Source: an uncultured virus (IMG/VR IMGVR_UViG_3300035698_010745) | Lineage: Duplodnaviria > Heunggongvirae > Uroviricota > Caudoviricetes | DNA length: 64,000 nucleotides | Strand: one strand, 5' to 3' | IMG/VR virus record: IMGVR_UViG_3300035698_010745 | Shown here: positions 22,631 to 36,200 of the stretch, in pieces | Numbering within the stretch: position 1 is the stretch's first letter | How the letters are laid out: each line of letters opens with the position of its first letter | Program-made: the position numbers and the translations under genes | The notes under the pieces: model-generated | What the model was told of the DNA's origin: nothing | What the model saw: only the letters and a program-made list of their open reading frames with translations | The model's database searches: none

Positions 22631-24909
22631 CGCTGCCTCCTCTTTGAATACCATCACCCTGCCCGACGGCACATCTAGAAACCGTGACGCCATTGGTCTC
22701 CCGCACTCCGGGCACTTCGTTTTGTACATGTCATCGTCTTCGTTTACCGGGTCATTCTCGTGCCCGCATATTCGGCACTTACGTATGACCCACTCGCTTT
22801 TCTTCGAGAAACTCCGGTAACTCATTCAACGACCTGTTGTACCGATAACCTAATCAACGTCCGAATCGGATACGTCTCGCTTACCCCGGCAACCGTCCGT
22901 GTCACTTTAACGTCCAGAGGGTCAACCGCCCGTTGTCCCATGTCGCGGCCAAGACGAATCCCAAAGTCTACCGCCCTAGCAGCAATACGCTTTTCTCGAT
23001 TCGTTGGGCTACCACCAAAAGAGCAATCCTCTTCTCGATAAACATATCGGGTAAACCAATTTAGGAACCGGCCTCTTTGTTTTGCGTTCACGCGTCTCCC
23101 CTGTTAACTTTCATGTCGTTTCGTCCATCAACTGCTGCATGAAGTTCTGTATGTCGGCGAGGCAACTGCGCGAGAAGATAATGGAGCGCTCTGGATATAA
23201 ACAATACTGCCTCCACCCGCGTTCCCATTGGACTTCGCCCAAGAGATGCGCCGAGTGGTTCCAACATCTAAACGTCTTGGTCTTGCGTCTGGGGGACTCG
23301 GTTTCCTCAAACCAGATGTGCTTGTATTTTGTCTTCAGCACCTTCCAATCACCTCATCATTTCTTTGGTATCAACCGGCTAAGGGTCTTCACGTAATCCT
23401 TCATAGCCCAATGCCTCGCATTGAACACGTACTTCAGTTGTTCCGTGAAACATGCCAGGGCCACCAGAAAACCAATACAGGGAATCAAGCCAAGAGTACG
23501 CATGACCCAGCGTGCCTGTCTTTCTGATTCTCGTCGTTCCCCTTCTCCAACTTACTGCCGCAAAAAATGCAGAAGTTCATCTTGAGGTAGTTCGCCAGTC
23601 CAGTCCATCCAGTCAGAACAATCACACCAATCTTCCATCCGCTTCATGCCTCTAGCACCTTATGAAGATTCTCCCACGCCTTCCTGTACCTCTCATTCAC
23701 AGCCTCAAACTGTTCCTCCGTCACTCCATCATCAAACATCAGCCTCATCCTGGCAGCAAACGAATCATCCAACTCTTTCCCTACCTTGAACTTTTTGCTC
23801 TTCATGGCGTCCTCTTGTGAGCCGAACAAAAAGCCCTCGTCACTGGGTCACCGAACAATAGCCAGTCCACCGGAATCCCGTAGTCGCCACGAGCCTGTGC
23901 CCTCTTTATCCTCCTCTGTTCCTTCTTATGAACGATATCACGACGCTCCTTCTCCGCCGCACCCCTCGGCGTCAAATGAAAGACAATCGGGTCACCCAGT
24001 TTGTCCGGCATGTCAACATGGTCTATCTCACAATGAGGAATCTCACCCTTGCGCCACTTCTTCTTTTTCATAGACACCGGCTCCTTTCAAAATGCGCTTC
24101 CTACGACGTTGCCGCACAATAATACACCCCCAGAATACACAGTTAGCCAGTATCCACATCACTAGCAACAGGATATACACCTCAATCTTCATGTCTCCTC
24201 CAGCTCCGCCACCCGAGCCCTCAAATCATCCAACTCAGTCTCCTGCTTGGTCTTCTCACGATTCCGCCGGATGCACTGAGGACACCTCCATGATGGATAT
24301 GGGGCACAATACCCCGTCTCCTGTAACTCGCCCCCACAGTGAGGACAGTTCGGATTTGAAAACAACCCCATGTGTCAACCCTCCAATTTTACTGTCCGGC
24401 GTACCGCTAAATCCAAGGCCCCAATCTCCTGCCTCAATGAACTGAAATGCCGCGCTACCATGTCCTTCGCCAAACCCTTGACATGGTCCGGCAGAAACTC
24501 GTGCTCCTCCACATACCTCAAATACTCACCACGTAAATGCGATGGACTTACCTTAGCCATATCCCCTCCTCCCACGTCTTTACCACACCAGCCGGTACCG
24601 GCTCAGCCTGTTTCAATATCCGACGGCTACACCACCTACATAGACTATACTCCGTACGAGGCAGAGCCAGGTTATCCTTATTTGTCATTCCCTGCGTTTA
24701 TTTCTTTAGATTTTTTCCTCTTCCCAAGTCACAACGGCCAACCAAGGCTTTGCATCTGTCCCGCCAACCCCACGACATTGAGCCATCCCATTCCACGAAT
24801 GATACCACCCCACCTCCGTCCTCCGTATCGGCCTCCCACAGTGAATACAAACTGCCGACCCCTCAATCCACTTGTTACTCCACTGCCATTGCAGAGCAAA
24901 CCTCTTCAT

Positions 24910-24945
24910 CGAAGGCCCCAACTCAATCACCGAAGGCCCCAACTC
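24910..24945. repeat. 21-bp-period direct repeat
   Basis: CGAAGGCCCCAACTC at 24910 and 24931 (ELGPS twice). Confidence 0.85.
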
Positions 24946-27512
24946 GTGCATTCCTCACACCAATACCCCAAGACACCACATCACGGACCTCCTCCTGCGC
25001 AACGAACACACAGCCATCCGGCACCCAAACTTGCTTAAAAAATTCCCATCTGGCCGTCTTCGTGTTCAACACCACAGGAACTACCGGCATCACCCACTCC
25101 TCCGCCCCAGGCATTACACAACCTTCAGGACACCACACCGTCGCCTTCTTCCATTTGTGATAATGCAATATAGATGCAGCACGATTGTGCCCCTCACAAA
25201 GACAACGCCAAACCATCCGGGCACACCAACCACAACGCTCATGCTCCTTAACCACCTGTTACATTCCCTGTACTTATTTTCGTAGATTCTGTGTCACGCC
25301 ACTCGCTCACTTCTCACTCTCACCGCACGCCCTACCGGCCTAGCACGCTCCAATGGCGGCCTCCACCGGCTTGACTGCCCTTTACACAAATACTTCCGTA
25401 ACTCCCCACAGTGTACCCACCCGCCTACATCCTCCTCAATGGGCATCCCGCAATTTCGACACGTAGCCGCTACCTCCTCAACCCCAGGCATCACACATCC
25501 TTCAGGACATACCGTCAACGTCCTATTGCTACGAACCCGGTCTATTACCGCATACCCATCACCTACACACTCACACGACAAACCAAGTTTCCACGCAAAA
25601 CCAATAGGAAGCCAAGCCCTACCACATTTGATACATCGTAACTCCTGCATCCTCTTCCTCCAAGGCCACTACCGCAGCCCCTCCCCACCATCCGACTCCC
25701 CACCCACCTGCCAACTCCTCAGAATGAACAAAAACCGTCCCACCCGCCGGATACATCATAAGACAACCGTCACGTAGCCCCGCTGTGCACACAGGCCGTC
25801 GCCGCCGCTCATCTGCATGATACATCGTGCCATCATCCTCAATCACCAAAACCTTGCCACACCCCAAGCAAATGTCACACCGCATTATACCCACTCCTCT
25901 TTGTCCGCAAAGACACATCCCCTCGGACATACCAAGCAAAGCTGGTCCTCGTAAATCTCATCCCCGTAATCCAAATGGTACTTCCAACATATATCATTCG
26001 GTCTAAAGAACCGGGACAGAATAAACCCAGTCCGAGAGTTGCCCATATCCATCACCCGGTCCCCCACAACAAATAGAGAATCCCAATTCTGCGGCCACGC
26101 CTCTTCCTCCACCACCATCACAACACCCTTGGGACAATGAGTAGCCAAGGCCACCCACGACTTCAAGGGTACCGTTGGATAGGCAGCCAGGCACTCACAC
26201 CTGCCCTCATTAACCGGGTCATTGGTGATTTTATAGAGCACGGCCTTGGCACATAACCCACAACGATATTCAACAGTCCTCCTCATCTCCCTCCACAAGC
26301 CTCCTCCATCCCAGGCATCACACAGCCTTCAGGACATATCGTCATGTATTCACCCCAATTACGCATCTTAGGTATCTCGCAATCACACCCATCCTCATCT
26401 CCTATATCCAAATATATCCGCTTACCACATTCACGGCACCGAGCATACCTTGTCAAATTCCCTACACTTATTTTTGTAGTTTCTTCCACAAGCCTCCTCC
26501 GCCCCAGGCATCACAACACCTTCAGGACAATCCACAGACCTCGGTGGGTCCTCCCTCCACTGAGCGATTGGACACCGACATCTAGATACCAAACAAGAAC
26601 ACCCGCCACATCGCCACCCATAAGTGAACCCGCGATTCTCCTCACTCCCAGGCATTACACATCCAACAGGGCATACCGTCAACCGGTCTCTCCATTTGCC
26701 ATGCTCGTTGGGAATCCCCTGGCCACGACCACTACACAGGCAACCACCTTCCTCACGAGCCTTTAACGCATACTTGCCACATTGCCCACAACGGTATTGA
26801 TATTCTAACAACCCGTCTTTCATTTTCATCGCAACCTACCTGATTCTTCAGAGCCACAAGCCTCCTCAACCCCCACCATTACACAACCATCAGGACATAC
26901 CGTCGCGTATTCACCCCAATTACGCATTTTAGGAGACTCACAATTACACCCATCCTTATCCCCTATATCCAAATATATCCGCCTACCACATTCAAGACAC
27001 CGAGAACACCTTGCGAAATTCCCTGCCAAGTCCGCCCTTGACCAAGGCACGGTAGCCCACCGAGAATCATTCCCTACACTTATTTTCGTAGTTTCTTCCA
27101 CAAGCTTCCTCAACCCCCACCATCACGACACCAATAGGACATACCGTCATGTACTTATTCCAACCACTGCGCGTAAGCCTCATATCACAAGCACACATAC
27201 CACGACGAGCAGGATGCTGAGAAAGCCGTATCCGCCGACCACACTTCCTACACCGAGCATATGTTGTCAAAATCCCCACTTATTTTCGTAGTTTTTCCAC
27301 GCCTCCTCAACTACCACCATTACACAACCAAGTGGACATAATGTGATGTACTCATTCCACGACACCCCCGTCGGTAAAATGCATCTACACCCATTCGGGT
27401 CACTTACACGCAAATACGTCAACTTGCCACAATAACGACAACGAGAACCACTCGCCATCATCACCACGACAACTCTCCACCCACCATCCCACGACTCGGC
27501 ACCCAAACACAA
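24923..27512 (-). other. cluster of paralogous Zn/motif ORFs, CP.GCVM...EE subfamily
   Basis: Near-duplicate units 26283-26489 and 26826-27113 (RIYLDIGD.DGC.CE.PKMRNWGEY). Confidence 0.8.
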
Positions 27513-27989
27513 TGTAATGCCTCAACCTGTTCGCACACTACCATTATACTCCCATTAGGACATATCGTGCTACCACTACCCAATACACACCTACATATAC
27601 GCCGCTTCTCTATACGCCCACGCCATAGTACACGAGCACACACCGTGCAACGCTTATCACCACGTAAACCAATCAAACCGTTCATAATCACCATTTTTCA
27701 CTTTTTGAAATCACAGATTTTGGTGGCTGCTGAAAAACGCACCAGGGTATGGGTACCCTAAGTGCCCCGTCCGTATCACATAGGTGTCCTATTTTCATTC
27801 GGCTCCTCATCACCTCCCCATACCCTCCCTACTACCCTCCGCTCGTCATAGGTGATGGCCATGCCCGGCTTCACCCAATGGCCTAACTTCATTTCATTGG
27901 GCGGGGCATTACAAGCTGTCCAGCTTGTAATGCCCCGCCCAAGCCAGGTTTCATAGCACTGGCCCAACCACATTCCCTGCAACAAACGA

Positions 27990-28930
27990 GCATGGCTTTC
28001 TTGAGCACTGCCAAGGGATACAGTAGACGCCTGTCGCTCATACCTTCATTTTACTCCGGCTGAGCGTTGGCTCCACCAGAATTTCTCTGGCCCTGGCCCA
28101 CAATTTGCCGCCTGGTTTCAAAAAGGGGTCGCATAATACCACTTATGTCTACTCATAATTCCTTGTAAGTCTTTGACAATAGGTAAGTTATGTCAATCGC
28201 AGAAGTAAGAAAGAAGAAGTAGGACGATTCAAGCAAGGTGAGTACTGGAGTACTCTCAATTCCCTGTACTTATTTTCGCAGTATTGTGACAAGACAGGCG
28301 GCCAGAGTTGGGCCTGGGCCAGCAAGAAAAGAGCTTAAAACATACGCCTTCTCTGTACGCTTTCTTGCTGGTTTCTTACCTCTTTGGAATCACCGGGCCA
28401 GGGCTGACAGTCACGTGACCAGCTCTGACAGTCTCGGTGAGTGCTTGACAGTTCTCTTTGACTCCTTGGCCCAGGGCTACAAGCCTGGTTGAAATTCGTC
28501 AAGCCTGGTTGATGTGCGAGCCTTGGGCCTGGGCCTGGTGCCAAGCACCGGGCGAGTGGACCACAGGTCCAGAATGAATGGCCAGGAAGTATCTGGCCTC
28601 ACGGCCAGGAACCTGGCCCTGGCACACTTCGTGGACGGGCCTGTTGATAGGCGTCCATGAACCGTTCCATCTGTAAATTTTCCCTGCAAAAAGCTAAAAC
28701 TATTTTTGCAGATTTTCCCCACACCTGGCACAAAAATATTTTCTGACGTTTGCCTATCAAAAATCTCATATATCCTCACAAATAAACGCTTTTTTTCACA
28801 TACTTGCCACCCATGAACAATCCACACGTAACCAAAGTTACGAGAAATGGTTAAGTGGTGACGTAGCGGCTCTGAATTGTGCAGGGAAAAGGAAAAATAA
28901 GTGCAGGGAATTGGTAGGTGCCCTGGGGGT
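27990..28930. other. probable replication origin region
   Basis: Non-coding; plus strand flips from C/A-rich to G/T-rich; inverted 21-23-bp boxes at 28259-28281 and 28891-28911; TGACAGT x3 at 20-21 bp spacing; AAGCCTGGTTGA x2; AT-rich 28670-28830. Confidence 0.6.
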
Positions 28931-29411
28931 GTGTTATGGAATTGCCTCATACACAACGGCTATCCCTAACATGGGTAATGCCATACAATCGTTATGCAAG
29001 CAGCTTTGTGTACTAACGGGTAGAGTAACGTGGTGGCATCGTCTATACTGGTTGTATACGTGTATCCATCTACCTGTGAACAGGCCGAGGTGGATGGGTT
29101 TATGGCAATAGTGGCAGATATGGTATTTGAATCCTGCTGCCCTGTCTATGGGATGGCTCATGGTTGCGTCATCTCGGCTATGGGGTAGATGGTACGACTG
29201 GGTGTATGGGTGGTTAGGGTAACGAGGCCATCGGCTTTATTGGGGCAATATGGGCATGACACCCAGTATGTGACGGGGTTGAGTGCCCATGAGACTTTGA
29301 CAGAGGGGTGTTGATGGAATCCTTTAGCTTGTTGCCAGTTGGGAGGTTTGTTATTGGGTCCTGCTTGGGTATGGGCTTGCCAGCATTGTTTACAGAGGTA
29401 GATTTGTGAGG

Positions 29412-30903
29412 TCATGTGATTTGTTCTTCTTGGACAACAACTGCTCCTTCGGCGGGTTGATGGTTATCGTGGTAGATGCATACAAATCGGCGGGTTGATG
29501 GTTTGGGCCAAGTTATCAGTGCCCAGTCGTTATTATCTAGTTCTATGTGATTTCCGCAGTCTCTGCATTTGTCGGTAAATAGTTTGTATTCTTGGGTTGT
29601 AAGGGCTGAGCCGATGGGTACATTGGTAAGGATATCTTCCCGGAGCCAAAGCGCCTCCCAGGCGCATATGCAGTTGGGAGTACCGTCTAGGTTTTTGAAA
29701 TATCGCAGGCCACATCGTAGGCAGTAGACGATGAGAATGGCTGCCTCCTGATGGAAGATGGCTGTGCGGACTGTATCGCGTGCGGTAGTCATTGTTTTTG
29801 TTCTTGGGTTGTAAATGCTATGCCTATGGGGACATGGGCCACTGTCACAGCTCTACTCTTTTTGGGTTCTTGCCAGCATTGGCACCAGGTTAGAATGGCT
29901 TTGCCATTTCTGACTGTCACCACCTGATTGCCGGTATGGTTTGGGGCATAGAATCTCAAGCCACAGCGTAAGCAATAGACGGTTGTTGGGTCTTTTTTCA
30001 TAGTTTTTGTTCTTGAGTGGTGAGGACTGAGCCGTCAGGGACTTGCGTAAGGCCCTTCCACCCGCAACTTTCGGGTTCGGGACATTTACACCAGTAGTTA
30101 TCTTGTTCAAATTTGAAGTATCGCAAGCCGCATCGTAAGCAATAGACGGTTGTTCTGTTCTTTTTCATAGTTTTTGTTCTTGGGAGATAAAGACTGAGCC
30201 ATATGGGACATTGGTAAGTTCGTCGGACTTCAATTCTCCGTCTGGGCATTGGCACCATGGGAGGACGAACATTATCTTGTCTTTGAAGTATCGCAAGCCA
30301 CAGCGTAAGCAATAGGTTGTTGTGATGTCTTTTTTCATAGTTTTTGTTCTTGGGAGATAAAGATTGAGCCATATGGGACTTGTATCCTTGGTGGGCTAAC
30401 AAGTGTGGGCGTAGAATTAAGTTCTGACGAGTTGAGCAATGTCCCGTCTGGGTGTAGACATTGGCAGTTGGCATAGAATTGACGGCCACATTGCAGGCAG
30501 TATGTATGGTAACGGCCATGGCTGAATGAACGCACTTTGCAATCTTTTTTCATAATTTTTGTTCTTGGGTAGTGAGGGCTATGCCATGAGGGACTTGCGT
30601 AAGGCAATCGGTGTTTTCGGGTTCGGGGCATTGACACCATGTTCCATTTTTGAAATATTGTAAGCCACATCGTAGGCAGTAGACGGTTGTTCTGATTTGC
30701 CACCACGGGCATGAATATTCTTCTGTGATTATGATTGTGCCATTGGCGGGGATGGCTTTGGGGAAGTGGGACATAGGCCAGGGCCTTGGTGCATTCGGCT
30801 GGGCACAGGTCATGGCTCCGGTTTCCACGTGAATCCATGCTAGGCCGAGGACCAGCGAGACAGGTTGGGCACAGTTAAGGCAGATGTCTTTATTTTTGGT
30901 CAT
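29412..30903 (-). other. cluster of paralogous Zn/motif ORFs, YCLRCGL.Y...VP.G...T.QEQK subfamily
   Basis: Repeated TTVYCLRCGLRYFK and junction sequence TTTTTCATAGTTTTTGTTCTTG. Confidence 0.8.
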
Positions 30904-33200
30904 TGTTCTTCTTCTATGGGGAAGATGGAGCCTTTGGGACAGGGTTATGGCATTTTAAATCCGTGGTATTTGATGAGCTTGCCGCAGTGTTGGCACGCTG
31001 ATATTTTTCCATGTGTTCCTGGGGTGTACGAATGGCGGAGATGGGTTTATATGTCCAGCAATAAGTGCGTCCGCCCAGGATTGAGCCATCTTTCATGGGT
31101 CCGCCTTTGAGGCATATGCAATTGTTTTTGGTTTGGCATGTCTGGCATAGTGGGCAGATGGGTTCTTGTTCGTCGATGGGGATAATGACGCCTGTGGGGA
31201 CAAAATTTGTTGATTGCCCGGCTTGTTCACGGCGTACCCTTAATTCCAAGTTCATTAATTCCAAGGCGTTCATGCTTTTTCCTCGTGCCATGCAACGATG
31301 ACGCCTGGGATGGGAACGGGATAATGGCAAGGGCTGGGCAGACTGAGATGTGCCCAGTTATTTAGTAGTAATTCCTTCTTGATAAGTTTGCCGCAATTTT
31401 TACAGGCTGAGAGCTTCACAATTGTTCCTCCTTCCAGGTTACGACGACCCCTTTGGGGACATGCACGAATGCCCAAACGGGGTAGGTATCACATACCGGA
31501 CAATATTTGTGGTCGGGGCTGGTTCGGTCGCAACAATCGGTCCAGCCACAGGTCATGCAGATATATGCCCAGAACATATTCACAATTTTTCCTCGTGCCA
31601 GGTGCACACGGCTCCTTGGGGGTGGATACGCCAATCCCAATTGAACTGTTCTTTTCCACAAGCGGGACATTTATTTCCAACAGCGTCAGATGGCGAGAGG
31701 GCCTTACATTGGGGGCAGAAGGGTATCCACGGGCCTTTGATGCCTCTATCCCGGTCCTGGCCAGGGTTGTCCCAGAATCTATGTGTTCGTGCGAGGGTGA
31801 TGCTATTGGCCCGTGCCTGTGTTCCGACATATTCTCGTGCGGGTTTCATAGCTTTTGTTCGCCCCAGGTGTAGATACAGCCGTATGGGTTGGTGAGGTTG
31901 TATCCTTTGGAGCCACAGTCATCGCACAGCCAAATTGAGTCGCCCCAGGTTTTGTAGTGCATATGCCAGGTTATTTTGGAGGATTGGCAAGCGGGGCATA
32001 CTCGAATCACGGTGGAGGCTTCGTATGGCGTATTCATGCCAATTCCTCTCGGCCTATGATGGCCACGCTTTTGTATGGGCATATCTTGAGTTGTACAATG
32101 TCGCATATTGGGCATAGGGCCAGGAGGTACATACGTATTCTGATGGCGTGAGAGGTTTGCCATGTCTTGCCACACATAGGGCAATAGGCTGCTCCGCCGA
32201 CATATTCTCGTGCGGATTTCATAGCTTTTGTTCTCCCCACACGACGCCGATGGTTTTTCTTTCGGGCAGGTACATCATTTTGACTCCGCATTGTTTGCAA
32301 TGGGTACGGCCCAGGTTGGCTACATCGACTCCGCACTCTGGGCAGATATGGGAATAGGCTATCCAGCGTGAGCGCGGCAGTTTTTTCTCGTGATGGGTAA
32401 GTGCTACGCCTTGGGGCACATCGGTATATCCTATGTGTGGGTTTGTACGGGCACACTTGCAGGACCATGATTTACAAATGAAGTTAATTTTGAGTCCACA
32501 GGTAAGGCAACGTCGGGTTGGTTCTTCGCCCCATACTACGGCGATACCGGCTCCTGGTGCATGGAATAATCCAGGTATCCAGGGCGGGATTCGTGCGGTC
32601 TGGGTTTGCTGTTTCACGTGATTATTTCTTCATTTACGATAAGTGCTGTGCCTAGGGGCACTTCGGTATTGATAGTATCGTGTCGGCAAGTGCAATGGTT
32701 GGGCCATCTTTCCCATGTGAGGTTGGTTTTCAGGCCGCATTTTGTGCAACGCATTTTGACTGCATCTCTATCTACGATAAGGACTTTCATGCGATATATT
32801 CTTCGTAAGTAAACACGGAGCCTTTAGGGGCCAGGTTGAGGATAGGGTCCTTGCGGGATAGGAGGCAGGTACACCAAGTCCTGTTTACGCTTTCTACTGG
32901 CATATTGTTCCATACTCCTCCACAGCGCAGGCACACGATTTGTGTTGGCCTCGCTTTCATGTGATTATTTCTTCATTTATTGGGTACACGAGGCCAGGCT
33001 GGAGTGGGATAGGTTTCCCTTCGCGGCCACAATTTACGTAATGGCCATTGGCTGGGTCCGTGTGAATCCATTCGCCGCCGTTGATGTGTCGATGGATGCT
33101 GATGGGCTTTCCGCACACGGAACAGATGGCTATGCGTTGCTCGCTGAATACGGCAACGACTCGTTGAGGGGTCCATTGGGTCGCGTAGGAACCATTTGTG

Positions 33201-33235
33201 GTCAAGAGGCAGGTATCTGTCAAGAGGCAGGTATC
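33201..33235. repeat. 18-bp in-frame tandem duplication
   Basis: GTCAAGAGGCAGGTATC twice (DTCLLT x2). Confidence 0.9.
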
Positions 33236-36200
33236 GTCACAAGATTCCTTGGCGATAATCTTCCAATAGAACGCACAATTTTCACAGCCTTTTTTCTCGG
33301 TTTTCACAATAATTCTTCTTGCCAGATAAATCCAACGCCTTGCGATTTAATGATGGTATATTCGGACTCGCAGTGGTTACAGGAAATAATGCAGGTGATT
33401 TCGTATTGGGTGAGCACGATACCGCCGGGGACAATTTCGGCAGGGTGTTTGCATTTAGGACATGGGATGATATTCGGTACGCTTATTTCTTCACACCATA
33501 TAAGGGCTGAGCGTTGGTGTTTCAGGTTGAGTGTGTAGCTTACCTCACAGTAGCCACAGAACAGTGCAAGGAGGATTTCATTTGAGCCGATAACCTTGGC
33601 ATGAGTGATTTCGGTGGGGTATTTGCAATCCGGGCATGGCCAGTAATCACTCATGGTTCATAGACTTTCAAATTGACAAGGCAAAACCAGGCCGCAAAAA
33701 TCTTCAAGAATTTTTCCACATTTGCGGCATTGTGCTTGTATTTGGTTGGGGTTGATTCGGTGGAGGGTAGAGTATGGGCAGATGTGTCGGCAAAAATATT
33801 GACGAATTTTCGAGGCTTTTTTGATGGGGACAATCTCTTCTTCCCAGGTATAGACGAGGCCGGGTTGACTCCATACGTGGGTGAATTCATTGTTGTAGCA
33901 ATCGGCACAACAATCACAATGATTGATGATTGTGATGTTGGGTGAGCCGCACCTGGTACACACGAAGGCGTCAGGGCAGCCGATTACTCCGAAATTTTTA
34001 TCATATTTTTTCATGCCAGTTCCTCATCCTTAGTAAACACACAGCCATCGGGGCATTGTGTCAGGTAGGCTATACACGCCAACTCGTCCGCTTGCGTACA
34101 TCTACACCGATTCGTAGGGGAAGAGTTGACGCCCGCTCTAAGGCCACAGGCGGTACAATACAAGATAAAATGATAAGTTGGCACAAGTTCCTCGTGCCAG
34201 ATATATACGGCCCTATTGGAGGGGCGAGCTGTTTTGGCGCGATGCCGCGAGAGTACTCTTGTTTGGCATGCGGTGCTGGCATTTGCGATGTGATACCAGA
34301 GATAGGCTTTCCCTAATACCCTGATAGCTTGGCCACAATTCAGGCAGATGTCATACTTCGTGTTAATCCAATTCATGCGGGCTCCTCATCCGCTACTACG
34401 GCAATGCGTGATGGTGTGGCGACGGTTGAGCCGAACAGGCACTTTTCTCCCCAGAGGTGGGTCCACATCATACCGTCGTTAGAGAGGTGTTTGAATTTTT
34501 CACGGAGTCTATCTTTGTGGATGCCGTCCTGGCAATGGGCACAGATGTCGAATGGGCCGTGACCAAACCCGTGACCAAATGACCCGGTAAACCTATTGAA
34601 TGGTACTGGCCAATTCATGCGAGTTCCTCCTCCCAGCATGCCCAGCCAGTAAATCCGTGGCACGGGTTCGCCTGCCGTCCCACTTCATAAAAGCACGTCA
34701 CTGCCATACTTGTGCAATGCACCCATGTCCCATTATGGCACAGGATATTTTCATGGCAATGAAGGCAGATGTCCCACGGAGCCTTTTGTGATTTTTCTGT
34801 GCCTAGCTCCTCATCGTAAACCCAGGCAATGCCCTTGGGCACCGTTCTGAGGGGTTCTCCGCAAGAATTACATGTGACATTGAGGGTGATGGAGTCCACG
34901 TACTGAGCACCTTGGACGGACGGCGCTCTTCCGCAGCTATAGCACCATGTTTTCCCCGCATAGGTCATACCCACACCTCGCAATCGCGTTCAAGCCGTTG
35001 CTCGCTCCAGTCGTATACCACGCCCATCGGTATCTGTATCTCCGCGAATTTGTACTTGTCGGTTTGGCCACAACAGATGCATTTGCGGCCTTCCTTGGAA
35101 TGGACTTGGGGTTGGGAGCGGTGGCAGAAGCAACATATTGTCAAGGATTGCCGGAGCGTGCGGTTGTTTTTGAGTCGGCGCAATGTCTCAATGGGCTTGT
35201 TAACGGGCTCCTCTTGACGTGTAACGATAGGAAGTGTGCCGTTTGAGGCGGGCTCTGGGTATTGATGGAGTGAGCCTGTCTTGCATAGGACACAGCGAAG
35301 CGTTCGGTTGACGTCGGTTTTGACGCTACCGAGCCAGCCGCACCAGTCACAATATCCCCGTTTGAAGCCCATACGGTTGTTCTCCCTGTACGATTATACA
35401 GCCTTGGGCGGCTTCGGCGGTACGGATTTTCATGGTTTCCCCGCGTAGCAGACGCTTCTTATTGACGCCGCATACCAAGTACCCGAATGACTTAGAGGTC
35501 CCGTCGCCATGCATCCAGTTGGGCTTTTCCATTTTCCAAGGGCCGGGAACACGTCGTAATCGTTCTGCAAACCAGATGGGCTTGCCACAATTACGGCACA
35601 GGTCTTTTAGAATACCCCTCATGCGAGCCGTTCCTCTTCAATGTCCACGGCCCCGATGGGACCTCGGCGGCGGCGTGTCAGGTGCCGGAACCGTCTCCAT
35701 AATGACACATCCCATACAAGGCGCTCCTCTACTACCTTGACCACACCTTCGGGTGGCTCGCCTTCCATGACCTGCTGAAAAATAGCGTCGGCCCTTGTCG
35801 CGTTGCCCAGAGTCAAGACGCGGGGCCTCCCTCCCATGTAATGCCAATCCACAAGAGCGCCCAGACGTCTGGACGTCTCCCGGCACCAGCGTTCTACGTC
35901 GTCCTTCTCGACATCCCCGAGTACGGCGATACAGGCCCCCTTGTCATAAATCCGTTGGTCGCATCGGTTCGGGTTCATGTTGGCTCCTCGTGGCTGATGG
36001 CTACGGCTCTACCTGCCGGGGTTGCCTTGGTTATGTTGCCTGCGCAATGCTCAATGAGGTTATCGGGCGGCAATCTATGTACCCAGAAGTCGTCATGGTG
36101 TCGGGATATGCTTGTGGCACAATGACGGCACGTATCGACATGTCGTGGCCGTTGAGGGACTCGGCGGAATCTCCGATTCCCGAATTCCTCACATCTAACC

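Noticed and set aside
28238..28956. ORFs inside the putative origin
   Set aside because: No SD, no tag or Zn pattern, low-complexity repeats; more likely non-coding
24923..30903. Diversity-generating retroelement TR/VR pairs
   Set aside because: No reverse transcriptase in the window, and paralog differences include indels and non-adenine changes
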